From Callorhinchus milii (Eukaryota), in contig NW_024704742.1 in assembly GCF_018977255.1 (NCBI RefSeq), positions 31,932,001 to 31,992,000 on the forward strand: DNA of 60,000 nucleotides, written 5' to 3'. Below, one piece after another: positions 13,520 to 26,179 of this stretch. The notes beneath the pieces were generated by a model. The model was not told the DNA's origin, did not search any database, and saw only the letters and a program-made list of their open reading frames with translations. Made by a program: the position numbers and the translations under genes. Position 1 is the first letter of the stretch. Every line of letters starts with the position of its first letter.

Positions 13520-14030
13520 TTTTGGTTTTGCGGGTGTCTGACACATGTAAAAACCCATCACCATCCTTACGAATATCCAAAATAGACTGAGAGTTCCATT
13601 TTGTATACCGACTACACATGAAAATTTCCCTGTGTCAGGAATGTAATGTACACTCCTTCCCTTTATCCTATTTAGCACCTTAAGTAACACAATAGCAGCG
13701 GTGGACAACCTCTGGCTACTTACCTAATTCTGGAAAGCATTAGGTGCAGGTTAACAGCATACAAGGCTTGGGTGTGCACTGGAGTACTGCTAACCAACTA
13801 AAACCCCTATAGCTTGCCATTGAGAGCACTGTCTATCAAACTTTGCAGTGCTTGTCCAGCTAGGACCACTCTATCCATTACGGCTTTGTCTTGCAGGGTT
13901 AATAAAAGCTGAGTGGGAAGAATCCCTGCTCACAGTGACTGGTCTGACCCACCAAGACATGGCATCCAGACTGTCTGTTTTATTATCATCAGTGCCTTGG
14001 AGTACTGCAGACCTGCCTGGTTCAGTAACT
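13520..14030 (+). repeat. Unclassified interspersed repeat family A
   Basis: Aligns by eye with 11915-12210 (+), 36525-37000 (+) and 24130-24378 (-). Confidence 0.8.
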
Positions 14031-14420
14031 ACTTCTTCCACCGCTGCCACATTGCCCACCTCTGACCGTACCTTACCCCAAATACAGCTGAAACCCTTGT
14101 GTATGCATTTGTCACCTCCCGCTTGGATTACTCAAATACACTCCTCGCCGGTCTTCCCAGCTCCACCATTCACAAGATCCAGCTCATTCAGAACTCTGCT
14201 GCCCATATTCTGACCCGGACCAAATTCCGTACCCACATCTCACCAGTTCTGGTCAGGCTCCACTGGCTCCCCATCACTAAATGGATCAACTTCAAGATTC
14301 TCACACTTGTGTCAAATCCATTCACTCCCTGGCACCTCCATACCTCTCCGACCTCCTCACTCCACAATCCACCACTCTGAGACTCTACCCTGCGTGGAGG
14401 GCGCTATATAAATGCAAGTT
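14030..14420 (+). mobile_element. L2 3' fragment
   Basis: AFVTSRLDYSNTLLAGLP..IQNSAAHILTRTK..LHWLPI translation; GGAGGGCGCTATATAAATGCAAG terminus. Confidence 0.9.
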
Positions 14421-14449
14421 CATTTCAATTCCAATATTCCATTGCCAAA

Positions 14450-14690
14450 CATGTCACCTTGGAGACAATTCTACTCCAAGGAAGCCTCACTTATGTATGC
14501 ACAAGGACAAGGGGATAGCGACCATAGCGATAGCAATAGGAGTAGGAACCCAGACCTATTATCTCCTCCATAACCCAGAACATTGAGGCCAATTGTAGCT
14601 TCAAGTCAAATCCAGCCTAACATAGACTGGAATTTAAACCTGTGATTTTCCAGCCTGTATGACCTTTACCACTAGGCCATCAGGAAGTGA
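14450..14690 (-). mobile_element. Ancient tRNA-derived SINE (second family)
   Basis: Minus strand TGATGGCCTAGTGGTAAAGG..CAGGTTTAAATTCC head then CTACAATTGGCCTCA; possibly related pieces at 31480-31830, 34440-34740, 45850-46030. Confidence 0.45.
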
Positions 14691-15863
14691 TTTGAGAGGT
14701 CTGAGAGGCATTATGGTTGAGCAGTGTGACAACTACCAAAATATATTAGCAATGAAATAAATAGGACAAGATTTGATGTTAGAGGAGAAGAGTGTTGCAA
14801 TGGCTAATAATGAGACATCGGGGTCCATGGAGCACTAGTCATTAACGCTAGGCAATGTTTCTCTCCATGCTTATAGTGGGAAGTCTTCTACAAGCATGGG
14901 ATACAGTGTTAGAAAACATTGTCCGTGATTAAGAAAGGGACAGTGGATGTACCTTAGAGTTGCTGTTGAATGTACCATGGGAAGAGATCCAATGCACAAC
15001 AGGTTTGCATTCACATCCAAATGAGACATTTAACCAACTGATTGTCCCCTACTTGAAAAGAGAAGGGAGTTTCTCCTCAGTGTCCTGCCCAACCATCCTT
15101 CTGATTCACCTCATATTTGTGGGACCCTAATGTGCGCAAAATGGTTGCTGCACTTGTATGCAAAAACTAGACAATATTACACTTGACAATAAACACTGTA
15201 AATAACTATAAAATGTTCAAAGTATAAGGCAATATAAAATCCAAATATTTCCTTCCTTCCTTGCAGAGAAAAATATTTAAAGTTTTGGAGACACGCAGTA
15301 CACGGGAATACAAAAAGAGATGGATGTTTTTCCAGTGTTTGGGCCACAATCCTGACAAGTTACGAATGGCTATTTGTGGGTGATTGATGTGTGCAAATTA
15401 GCCAATGTGTTTGCTTACAAAAATACAGTCACTATGCTTAACAGTAATTACAGCCTTGGGACATTTTGCTATTATAGAATCCATATCAAATAGAAGGATT
15501 CGTATTTATGAAGGGATTATTATTATTACTATTATTGTGGGATCAGACTGGAATACTATTACAGAGAAACAGTACACCTCAACAGTCAAAAATCTAGAAA
15601 TAAACATTATTAAGCGACTTTATTGCAAACAAATAGATTAAGTTTGTTCTGCACATGTCTGTACATTTGCTCCACACTGATAAATAATTTCCTATTATAA
15701 TAATTTCCTAGGATTTCCTAATATACTGTAAATGTTTCAACACTGCTGTTTGCAAAATAAACACATCAGACCTCAATGTCATCTTATTGAAGAACATTTC
15801 TCATTATAAATCCGCTAGTAAAAAAAAGTCTTTAGTTACAAATGTATATTATTCTCTGCTTAC

Positions 15864-15970
15864 CGATTCATTCAGCAACTGTTTGACAAAGAGTGTTGAG
15901 AATGGGATTTCCCATTGTAAGCGCTGGTTGCCAAAGGCTAGTAAATTTAGCGACAAGTGCAGAAGACAAC
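15864..15970 (-). other. Candidate exon (107 nt), probably untranslated
   Basis: Acceptor CTTTCATTTCTTGGCAG and donor CG/GTAAGC in non-repeat DNA. Confidence 0.35.
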
Positions 15971-16452
15971 CTGCCAAGAAATGAAAGTCCAGTGTACTCA
16001 GCAGGAAGAAAGTTCAATAATTGAAGGAATTAAAGTACATTGAAGAGGTCGAGGTGAAACAGTCTTGTGTTCAACCAACTCATCTGGAAACCGCTCCCAA
16101 ACTGTTGAAAGCGAAGGCATGAAAGTGTTCTCCCTCTCTGAGCATTTGTATTTCTGTTGTAGGATCTAAAATGCAACCAGATTATTCTGTTTTTAATTTA
16201 TTCTGAGAATACTATGAATTTATAAATATCCTGCGCCTGTGCATTTCTCTGGTTTCACTTTGTAACACAAATAGATTGAAATGTACAGAGTCAATTGCCA
16301 GATGTCAATGAAAGAAAGGAGGTGCATTTTTAAAAGTTGTGGTGGTGGTGGTGGTGGGTGGGGGGATGGTGCGCAGCTGGGGAATCTCTTGCCTCTCAAT
16401 AAAGAACGTGGTGCAAATGGAGAATATTCCATTCCTATTCCGGAAGGAAATT

Positions 16453-16635
16453 ATAATAATAATAATCATAATAATAATCCTTGCAATCGATATAGCGCTT
16501 TACCACGTCATTGAGACGTCTGTCTCAAAGTGCTTCCCAGAATATATTGTGAAGTAAATTGACTGAATATTTTGCGGGCGAAACGTAGCAGCCAATTGTG
16601 CACAGCAACGTCCTATAAAGAGTCGTGGATTGAAT
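16453..16635 (-). mobile_element. SINE 3' half
   Basis: Deu-like body and (ATT)n tail on minus strand. Confidence 0.85.
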
Positions 16636-17199
16636 TCTGTGCAAACTCGATATGAATTATATATTTTTTAATAGGCAACTTTTGATTTAATTGCTGTCAC
16701 TACAGTTGCGTGACCATACAGTCACTTATACTTTACAGTAAATCCTTTAAGGGAAAAAAAACACTTTGAGATGCCTTCCCAACATAAAAGGAAAAATGGA
16801 AGAATAATGTTTTCTGTTTTACTTGGAGTATCTGGAGAGTGAGGTGGTGTTTTCCCTTGTCTAGCATTGAGAAAGTCCCAGCCTTTCACAGACCTATATT
16901 AGAGGATGAAATATTCTCGAGACATCCTGATAGGTTCAGCTCAGAGTACATGGTGTAAACATTGGGAGATATTTCTTGTTTTATAATGATACAGCACTGG
17001 ATACTCTAATTTGGATAGTGAAACATACATGAGTGAATTGTTCCATTATCCAAGTGCGATCTTTACTGTGACAGGTATCTTAGTTGCCAGTTGCTCCAGC
17101 ATTTCATGTTTTTTAATTGGGATCAAATGCTATGGAATTTCACCCTCTGGTAATAAGGTCGCATCACAGAATGGGAATGCCTTCCCCAGAATGACATCT

Positions 17200-17380
17200 T
17201 GAATGGAGCCCCAACACAGATCCCTGGGGACAGCACTTATCACAGCCTGACAGCCAGAGAACATACCTTTTATACCAATTCTCTGCCGATCTCCAAACCA
17301 ACTTTCTATCTGTCAAGCACTATCGCTTTCAACTCCATATGCATTAATGTTAACTAATAATTCTTGATGTAACACTTTTT
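17200..17380 (-). mobile_element. CR1 RT fragment
   Basis: Minus strand encodes ..SAVPRDLCWG/PQGSVLG-like RT motif B region. Confidence 0.6.
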
Positions 17381-17404
17381 TTGTCTTTACCATCATTCCA
17401 ACAA

Positions 17405-17585
17405 TTAATAATTTGGTCACTCAATCTGCGACTGTGTGTGGACACTGCTGTGCGCAATTGGCTGCTGCATTTTGCCTGCAAAATACAGTCATACCACTTC
17501 ACATTATATCCTGTGAATCGCTTTGAGACATCTCGATGACGTGATAAAGTGCTATATTAAACACAAGGATTATTATTATTATTAA
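17405..17585 (+). mobile_element. SINE 3' half
   Basis: TTGGTCACTCAATC..GCGCAATTGGCTG..AGG(ATT)n. Confidence 0.85.
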
Positions 17586-17892
17586 TGGCTCGCTCTTCTC
17601 TCCTCCTTGTATCATCTTATTGAGCAGTACATGGAGCAAAGAGCTTGACATGAAGTACTCATGGAAGGGGTGCAGGGGTATCTGAGCATGCAGTGAAGCT
17701 TTAAATGTAATTTAGGAACCATTAGCTCATTGCTGGGTCTCCTGCATCTTGTATTAGTCGAGTTCTTCCTTTTTTCTCTTTATCAAGTGAACTTGATAGT
17801 AAGATGTTAGGAAACAGCCAGGTAGTTGGCTTTATACATTCTTATGCCTGTTCGCGTGACCTCTCAGAACCACACTAACTGCCTTACAAGCA

Positions 17893-18065
17893 CAGTAAAC
17901 CTCATATAAGTCGTATCAGTTGGGATCATACATTTAATATGAATTATACAAAGTATGAGTTACCGGAAATTTGCATAAGTTATAGGAAATTCATGGGACT
18001 TAGGCAGATGTACAATTTAGGTGATTATATGATTTATGCAGATAAGACTAATGCGAGTTTTACTT
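17893..18065. mobile_element. Tigger/pogo-type MITE remnant
   Basis: Imperfect TIRs CAGTAAACCTCATATAAGTC / GACTAATGCGAGTTTTACTT, right end followed by TA. Confidence 0.5.
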
Positions 18066-18219
18066 TATGGCAAGTTGGATATCTAAAGCCTGCTAATAAA
18101 ATAATCATTGTGTTTGATGTAATGCTATAAACATGAAGACTATATCAAAATATCTCAGGTAATTGCTATAAAGTGTCATGACTGTATATTTTTGGGCGAA
18201 CATGCCAGTCAGTTTGCAC

Positions 18220-18625
18220 ACAACAACAACAAAATTACATTTATAAAGCACCTTTCACATCGTGAGGATGTCCCAAAGCGCTGAACGGTCAGGTGTCGGG
18301 GCACGAGCATGGGGGAGGAGTGGCGTAGGGGTGAGGGAAGGCAGAGAGGTGGGAGGGAGACCAAAGGCACGGTTGAAGAGAAGGGTCTTGAGACCGGCCT
18401 TGAAAGAGGCAAGGGAGGACGCGAGGCGAAGGGACCGTGGGATGGAGTTCCAGAGTGTGGGGGCAGAGAGGCTGAAAGCCCGGCCACCGATGGTAGGGCG
18501 GATCGGGCGGGAGACTGGAGCAGGTTGGAGCCCGATGAACGGAGGGAGCGAACAGGTTGATAGGGAGTCAGCAGATCAGAGAGGTAGTAGGGGGTAAGGC
18601 CATGGATGGCCTTAAAGGTGAGAAC
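18220..18625 (-). mobile_element. L2 3' fragment
   Basis: Inverted near-copy of 48320-48570 plus 3' UTR and (TTG)n tail. Confidence 0.9.
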
Positions 18626-19023
18626 ACACCAATGTCCTACAAACAGCCACAGTGTAAATCATCAATTTACAAAGGGATCGTTAAAGTCCACAGGTACAGG
18701 CGGGCAGATTTAACATGTCATCTGAAGGACATAGTGTCAGCCAACTAACTATTTAACTATATTAAAATTTGAGCTCCCAACATGAGGGTTGTATCCACAA
18801 TCTTCGAACCCAGGGGTGAGAAGACTTCCAACTGAGCAGGGCTAAGGAAATGTAGCAATGATCAGAAGAAAATGCATCAACTGGGATGCACAAAGAAAAT
18901 TCAGAGAAATTCAGTTACAATTTGCCCATTAACAAAGATGATAAAGCCTGCCAGAGTAAACCTAAAGTTTTCTACAGTAAACCTAAAGCCTGCCCGAATA
19001 AGACTTAATCCCACCATTATTTT

Positions 19024-19392
19024 GGAATCTTGTAGTTTAGTAGTTAGAGCATTCCACTCACAAGCGAGAGGACCTTGGTTTGATTCCCGGCAGAGCGAAA
19101 CATTAGGCCAGTTTCTTAACTCCACACGCCTCTGTTTCTCTAGCAGTAAGTAGAAACCCGGTTGTCAATTGACAGATGGCTTTTCCGGGAATAATAATCC
19201 ATTCAAAAAAATAATAATTTGATCACTCAATCCATGGCTGTTTGTGGGATACTGCTGTGTGCAATTGGCTGTCGTGTTTCACCTACAAAATATACAGTCA
19301 ATTCACTTTGCAGTATAATCTGTGAAGTGCTTTGAGATGTCTCGGAGATGTGATAAGGAGCTATATCAACTGCAAGGATTATTATTATTATT
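19024..19392 (+). mobile_element. tRNA-derived SINE, long form
   Basis: Head, CORE-like CACACGCCTCTGTTTCTCTAGCAGTAAGTAG segment, Deu body, ATT tail. Confidence 0.9.
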
Positions 19393-21479
19393 TTATTTTT
19401 AGACTGAGACAAATCTTTGATCTTCATAACAAGGTGACACCTGTATGCAGCATGTCTTCCTCATGCTGGCTATTGTTTGTATATTAGTCTTCATGACAGG
19501 CAAAGCAGAAATTCTGGCCGACAATGCGTGCCATAAAAGTTCACTGTCCTTGTGCTCAAAGGATGGTTTCCGCCCTCCCCCTCCCTCTCCCCCTCCCTGG
19601 CTGACAAGGCTTAAACCCACAACAATTATGCAAAATCATCTAATGTTTCATTTCAGGGATCGTATGCACTTGGCCCTTGTAATTCTCAGAGTAATGAGGA
19701 AGACGCTTAAAAAGCGAAGGAATGGAGCGTATTCAGAGTGCGGATGTAGGGTCATTCATCACACAGGTGATGTGATCTCTCTCTCTGCTCTATAGACCTT
19801 TCAGCATGTGGAAGTTTTGGCTTCACTCCTCCCTCTCCCAGGAGAGACCAACTGTAGCTGCACTTTGTATATTAAGGCTGCTTCTTATCCACGTGAACTG
19901 TTGACTGTAAGGAAATGGTACACTAATCATAATGGACACCAGAAGAAATGAGCAACAGATGCAGACACTCTTTATACAGGTTTAGTTCTTGTTGCTGATG
20001 CACATTTTGCAGCAGTTACAAAGGCAAAAAAATACATTTATCGTTTAATAATAATAAATGGGCAATATATAGCTTAGCAATGACACATTGTAATCTGCTC
20101 TTTCCATTTGCTCTGTGAATTGATTCTGAGAATGTTAAAGGTATTGTATTTAAGATTAACTGTGGTCACAGGAATACCATATGGCTGCTATCAAATTTCC
20201 AATTATTTGCAGCAAATGTTGCTCCCTTGACACCGGTGCTCTTTCTATTTTCAGCATTCTCACCGCTGAATGCTGTGTTTTCTCTTAACAATAGTTATTT
20301 GCAGGAAACTAACACAGTGACGTGAAAAGGTTGAAATCGAAAAGAGAGACGTGAAAAAAAATTGGAGAGAAAAGTGAACACGGGAGGCCCTGCCTCTCAC
20401 AACAGAGAAACACCCGCCCACATCAGGTGGGCAATGAGGAGCCAAGCTCATGACATCATGTCTATTACTATGGGAGCAGACTGCATTGTTGCCCAAAAGG
20501 TTTTTGTCTTCTCCACAAAGGATGGACGCCAGGATCTCATCGCAACTGAGAGACGTTCTTCTTCTGTGTCATTTACAGGACATTTTTCTCAGTTGACAGA
20601 TTGCGGACGTTCAGCAAGATCCACAGGTGCTTTCCATTGTCTTTCCTGACAATTTCTTTCCTAATGATAATCTCTGTGTTCGAGATGTATACCATCTGAT
20701 GTCTTAAAGTGCTTTATTACAAGTCACTGACATCAACTATGGTGGCTGCCTCTTTGTAAGCAAACACAGTGAGGTCCCATAAACAGCTGTGAAGTAAATG
20801 ATCAATTTATCTGGTGGATTGGTGCCCACAAATTGTTGGAGAAATTAATCTTTACAAAATGTTCAAACTCCTGCCTCAATGGGACCTTGGTTTTAATGTC
20901 TCATCCAGAGGGTGGAAACTCTGACATTTGCTGCGGAAACTCTCCCTGCACTCAACGGGAATAGACTGGGCTAAGTGTAACTCAAAATCCCGACGTGAGA
21001 TTTGAACTCGCAACTTTCTCTCCCAAAGGTGAGATTGCTTCCACCCAGCTGGTCAAGTTCTATTGTTGAAATAATAATAATAATCGTAATGATCCTTGCA
21101 TTTGATATCATGCCTAATCTCAAGGCGCTTCGCGGAATATTCTATAAAATTATGCGGCTGTGTATGTTGTTTGAAATTAAGGGGTTAAATAAATGTGCAG
21201 CATTCCATAATGTGTGGTTTATTAATTCTAATCTCACACCATACCTTATTCACACTGTTCTTCACTCACCTTCCTTGTGAGGTCGCAGTTTTTGTGACGA
21301 TTTAGGAACGTTGCAATGCTATCCCGAATTTTGCTTATGCCAAAACCCAGTTAGACCTGCTGCCCTGGGAGGCAGAAATTAAGTTCAGCAGGAGAGGAAA
21401 ACCATATTCTGGGAATACTGGTCTCAGGTTGGTCTGATTTAAAACATTACATTTAATACAATGGTACAATATAATACAA

Positions 21480-21715
21480 ATTTACATTTGCATAGCACCT
21501 GTCACATCCCAAGTCACTTAACAATAATGGCTTGCCATCTGAGCCGGGGGTGGGAGATGATGGAGTTGGAGAGGGGAAAAATGACCAAAAGCGCTGCGGT
21601 GAAAAGGTAGGTCTTCAGATGGACCTTGAAACAGGTGAGCGTGGGAGCGAGTCAGAGGGACTCCTGGATGTAGTTCCAGAGAATGGGGTCAGATAGGCTG
21701 AAAGCATGGCCACGA
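21480..21715 (-). mobile_element. L2 3' end fragment
   Basis: G-rich UTR and L2 C-terminal sequence on minus strand. Confidence 0.7.
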
Positions 21716-22393
21716 TTACAGAATTCTTGCACTGCCACCTACTAAATCTACACCACCCCATCGTCCCCAGTTCTGGTTTTTACTCTGTGTTCAGTTAGCT
21801 CTTCTATTCGTGCCAGTACACTTTCCGTGAGATCAAATGTGTAGAAAGCTGACCGTAGAACCTCCATTTGCATCAATATTGTCATTTTGGGTAGTTTCTT
21901 ACCACCAACTGGGTGGGTAGGGTGGGGGATATGTACCATGCCTGTGCCCACTAAGCGAAGGGAGGCGGCCGGGTTGATGCGGCTTGAGGAGGTTGTAAAG
22001 GTTGGGTGGGGCAAGACTGTGGTAGTATCCACTATGTCCATAAATACTCAATATTTTTTGCTCTTTAAACTTCTATTAAAAATAAAGGCATTGCAAAACC
22101 AGCACAGCTACCTACCAGGTTGGAGCCCGCTGTTGGTTGTTTCGTATAATTTCTAACTATCTCTCCCTAACAAGATTGCAATTTTCGCCTTAAAGAATTA
22201 TTACTCCAGTCGGAGATTTCTCTCTTCCACAGATATGCTGAGAGGAAATCATTGCACTCTCACGATACGTATTCATTGCAACCACTGCGTTGTCTAAATC
22301 TCATCCCTGGCATGTCTCTGGGGAGTTTTGTCTGTGTGACGATTCTTTCACTCCTTCAAAAATTACATTATTCTTTTGGGCAGGTACTGAGAT

Positions 22394-22775
22394 GCAGTCC
22401 TGTAGTGTATCGGTTAGAGCACTCACCTCGCAAGTGAGGTGACACGGGTTTGATTTCCGGGCAGGGTGAAACCTCAGGCAAGGTGAAACCTTAGGCAAGT
22501 TTCCTTATGCCACACGCCTCCATTTACCTAGCAGTAAGTAGGAACTTGGTTGTTAGTCAATTGGTGGATCGCTTTTCCTCAAAAAAAACTAAGAATAATA
22601 AATTGGTCACTCAATCCATGGCTCTGCATGGGACATTGCTCCGGGCAATTGGCTGACGTGTTTCGCCCACAAAATCCACAGTCAATTCACTTTACAGTAT
22701 ATTCTGTGAAGTGCTTTGAGAAATCTCAATGATGTGATAAGGCACTGTATCAAATGTAACGATTATTATTATTAT
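22394..22775 (+). mobile_element. tRNA-derived SINE, long form with 17-bp internal duplication
   Basis: GGTGAAACCT(C/T)AGGCAA duplicated at 22465-22498; otherwise as 19024-19392. Confidence 0.9.
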
Positions 22776-23217
22776 CACTGTGGTTGCACGAACAGAGCCA
22801 GACAAGTAATTATTAGGCCCCTTCAGACCAGTCTTTAACTAATCGAACATTTTTTGGGGGGGTGAAAGTCAAACATTATCCATTAATTTCTGTTTACGTC
22901 TAGTTTGTTAAATAACAATGTGGTTAAATTTCGTTTAGGTTCCTACTGTATCATAGTCTGCAGACATGATATTAGCCCCAATCACCCCTCTTGCTATGGC
23001 TAATCTCTTTATTGTTCATCTAAATGGTTCACTTTATCCCACTTTGTTTACTCACCACCAGGCACTCCCATGTTTTTCCTGCTCCCATGTTGTTGAAAAT
23101 TGAAAGCAATAGTTTGCGACATCTCAATGTATTTATTATATCACATATCAATGGTGCATTCCATTCAATGACTACGTACAACAGGTGGAAGGAAACGTTA
23201 TTTAATCCACTAACAAG

Positions 23218-23352
23218 TGGATTCCTACTTACTGCTAGGTAAACAAGGCATGTGGAGTAAGGAAACTTTCCCAACATTTCGCCCTGCTGGGAATCGAACC
23301 CAGGTCTATTGCTTGCGAGACGAGTGCTCTAACCACTGCTCTACAGTACTCC
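23218..23352 (-). mobile_element. SINE 5' part (long form)
   Basis: tRNA head plus CORE-like segment on minus strand. Confidence 0.85.
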
Positions 23353-23354
23353 AT

Positions 23355-23520
23355 ATATACACACACACATATATACACACACACCACACATATACACACA
23401 CACACCACACATATACACACACAGGCACAGACACACACACAAACACAGGCACACACACACTCTCTCACACACACTAACACATACACAGACACACACACAC
23501 ACACACAGACACACACACAC
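23355..23520. repeat. Imperfect (CA)n/(TG)n microsatellite
   Basis: Direct reading. Confidence 0.97.
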
Positions 23521-23529
23521 TAATATTAC

Positions 23530-23625
23530 CTGGAGTCTGAGTTCGTGAACACGCATTCGTACATCCAGCGCCTTGATTCGCTTGCAGAAAAGCAAGCAGC
23601 TGCTGCTTAAAATCTGTACCTCCAA
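23530..23625 (-). other. Candidate 96-nt exon (or first exon from ATG at 23641)
   Basis: Acceptor TCCCTTCTACCAG, donor CAG/GTAATA, CpG-rich, open in two frames. Confidence 0.35.
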
Positions 23626-23740
23626 CTGGTAGAAGGGACATGTGCCCAAGCTGCTAACAGGAAGATGGTGGCACTGCTTTCACACATTTCATGCTTAAGC
23701 TGTGTTGCTGACAGGGGAGCTAGTAGGGAGTTCCTGGCAA

Positions 23741-23925
23741 CAAAAACAGAAGTCGCTGGGAACACTGAGCAGGTCAGGCAGCATCTATGGAGAAAGAAAG
23801 TGAGTCAACTTTTCGGGTCCACGACCCTTCGCCAGTTCTGACCTGCTGCCTGACCTGCTGAGTGTTCTCAGCGACTTCTGTTCTTGTTTTCAGATTGACG
23901 GCATCTGCAGTATCTTGCGTTTGTA
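23741..23925. mobile_element. Penelope-derived palindromic element with degenerate hammerhead core
   Basis: 42-bp arms 23742-23783 / 23844-23885 (3 mismatches); minus-strand CTGGCGA-A-GGGTC-GTG-GACCC-GAAA in the loop. Confidence 0.7.
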
Positions 23926-24129
23926 GGCAGCTCCTGGTGCCTGTCATCCACTTAGTGAGGGCTCAAACCTGTGCTTGTCAGATGATAAATAATTACCTAA
24001 TGATGATCTCTCGCTTGGGGGGGGGGGGGGGTAAATGGGGTTTCCTTGAACAGGCTCCAAAGTGGCATGTTTGGCAATACAATGTCATAATCATGCCCAC
24101 CTTCTGTGGCGGTCTTGGTGGTCCAGTTC

Positions 24130-24378
24130 TTGAACAAAGCAGGTTCGGAAGTATTCCAGGGCACTGCTGATGGCAGGCCAGCCAGCCTGACTCATTGGCA
24201 GAACTTGGAAGGGCAGACCAGTCACCAGGGACAGGGAATCCTGTCACTCAGCTCCTGTTAACCCTGCAAGCCAAAGCCCTAATGGGTAGGGTGGTCCTAG
24301 CTGGACAAGCAGCGGGAAAGCTTGCCATACAGCAATATCAATAGTAACCTAATCAGTTTTAGCTGGTTAGACTCTAGG
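24130..24378 (-). repeat. Unclassified repeat family A copy
   Basis: Reverse complement matches 13790-14025 and 36755-36990. Confidence 0.8.
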
Positions 24379-26179
24379 AGTACCTCAAGGAACCATATAA
24401 ATGCAAGTTGTTGTTGTTATCCACCCTGCTTCCATAACCACATTAGGGCCAATCACTATCAATACGAATAGCAGACTCCACTCCTCAATCACCCCACTCT
24501 TTCCTTCCTGCCCTATGATTTCCCGTCGTTGTTGTAAAGCATTTTGAGCAAAAGGAGCTATTTAGGTCCAGTTTTTCTTCCAAGATATACAATAGCGTGG
24601 CCAACTAGATCAGTGAACAGGGGAACCCGCATTTATTTTGTTGTCCATTTACAACAGGGCGCGGATTCTGCACAGAAGAGGAACACAGTCATATTGTTCT
24701 GGTCGCCTTCTTTATATACCTGACAATGGATCTTCAGATCTTAACTAGCCTAGTTTATCAGAGTGCTTTCCCTCCACCGCCCTCCCTCCCCCACTCCCTT
24801 ATGAAGCAAAAGAGTGTAGACGAGAAACGACTTGTAATTTTGCCTGTCTCACATGAGTGATTTAAAAAAGAAGAAAAAAAAAGGGATGAGTCCACTGAGA
24901 TCTGTTACATTTTAATCGTGTTCTCGGGCCTTGCTTTGTAAAGGTAAAATACAAGCAGAGATTACTTTCCCGTCTAAGTGACTGGAAATTCTTTCTTTCC
25001 GTTTTCAGGGTGATAAATATATCGGAGAGGCTGGGAGTGACTTTCTTTTGGTTAGGTTTCCATTATCAGTGGCTCTTTGAGATGCACTGATAGTGTTACA
25101 TGCCTCTTCCTCACTCACTCCACCTCCTGAACTCCCAGCCCAGGAGCCCCCGCTCTGTCTGCTTTGTCTGACGAGGCTGCTTCATTGCTGTCTAATCTGG
25201 GTTAAAAAGACCGACAGTCTCAGGAGACCAGACAGTGGAGCTGGCCCGGTCACTTACCCACCCACAGTTCAGTTCACTTCGCCCACAAAATATACAGTCA
25301 ATTCACTTCACTGTATATTCTGTGAAGCGCTTTGACATGTCTGAACAACGTGATAAGGCGCTATATCAAATGGAAGGATTGTTATCACTTCCCTAGTTAA
25401 GACACAGGAAGGCACGGGCTAAGTGAAGAAGTAAAAATAAAAGTAAAGCCCCACAGTTTTCCCCAGAGTCTCTGCTTGCCCGCCCAGCCCCCCGAGCTCT
25501 GTGTCGGGAGGCGAGAGCTCAAATGAGAAAGTGGCTGTAGCTGTCTCTTCTCACTTCAGGAGCACAAAGGCTTGAATTAACCCCTCACCTTTGCTGACAG
25601 TTGAGTTGTGCTCAGCTTTCCCTTTCATTCACAGCCTCTTTCCTCCCTGGCTATCAGTTAACAGCCTGGCCATGAGTTGTTGCAGTACTGGGCGGAAAGG
25701 AGCAATATTTGGCCTCCAGGCACACACCACTTTATGCACTCAGTCCACCAGCGTTGCTCATACCCTGCCCTTTTGTTAGGAGAGTTTCTGTTTATTTCCA
25801 ACCTCCACTTCAATGACATGACCACGAGGAAATGGAAACACTGAAGCTGTTGCATTTTCAGGTCCTATGACACAAGGATACGTACGAGACCTGTCAGATT
25901 GTAACCCTGTCTTTAAGTGCTCTGAGAGGAAGCTACCCAGCCTGAAGGGCGCTATATAAATCCAAGTTGCCATTGTTGTTATCTCTCGTTGTTACCGCGG
26001 CTCAGTGAAATGCCAGAGTCAATATATATATATGTGTTACTGCCAGGCAGCAAGATTTTAAATTAAGTTGGGAAAGGGAATTACAAATCAAAATTGAGTT
26101 ATTCCTCAGCCATACACCTCACTGGGTGTCCTGCTCTCTGTGGTCTGGCAGACAGTGGCAGTCAGTGGAAAGGACTGAA

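Noticed and set aside
21748..22041. 97-aa ATG-initiated minus-strand ORF in unique DNA
   Set aside because: No domain features or splice support; length compatible with chance.
22232..25055. Strong plus-strand acceptors near 22232 and 25009
   Set aside because: No convincing donors or recognisable peptides; cannot be linked into a gene model.
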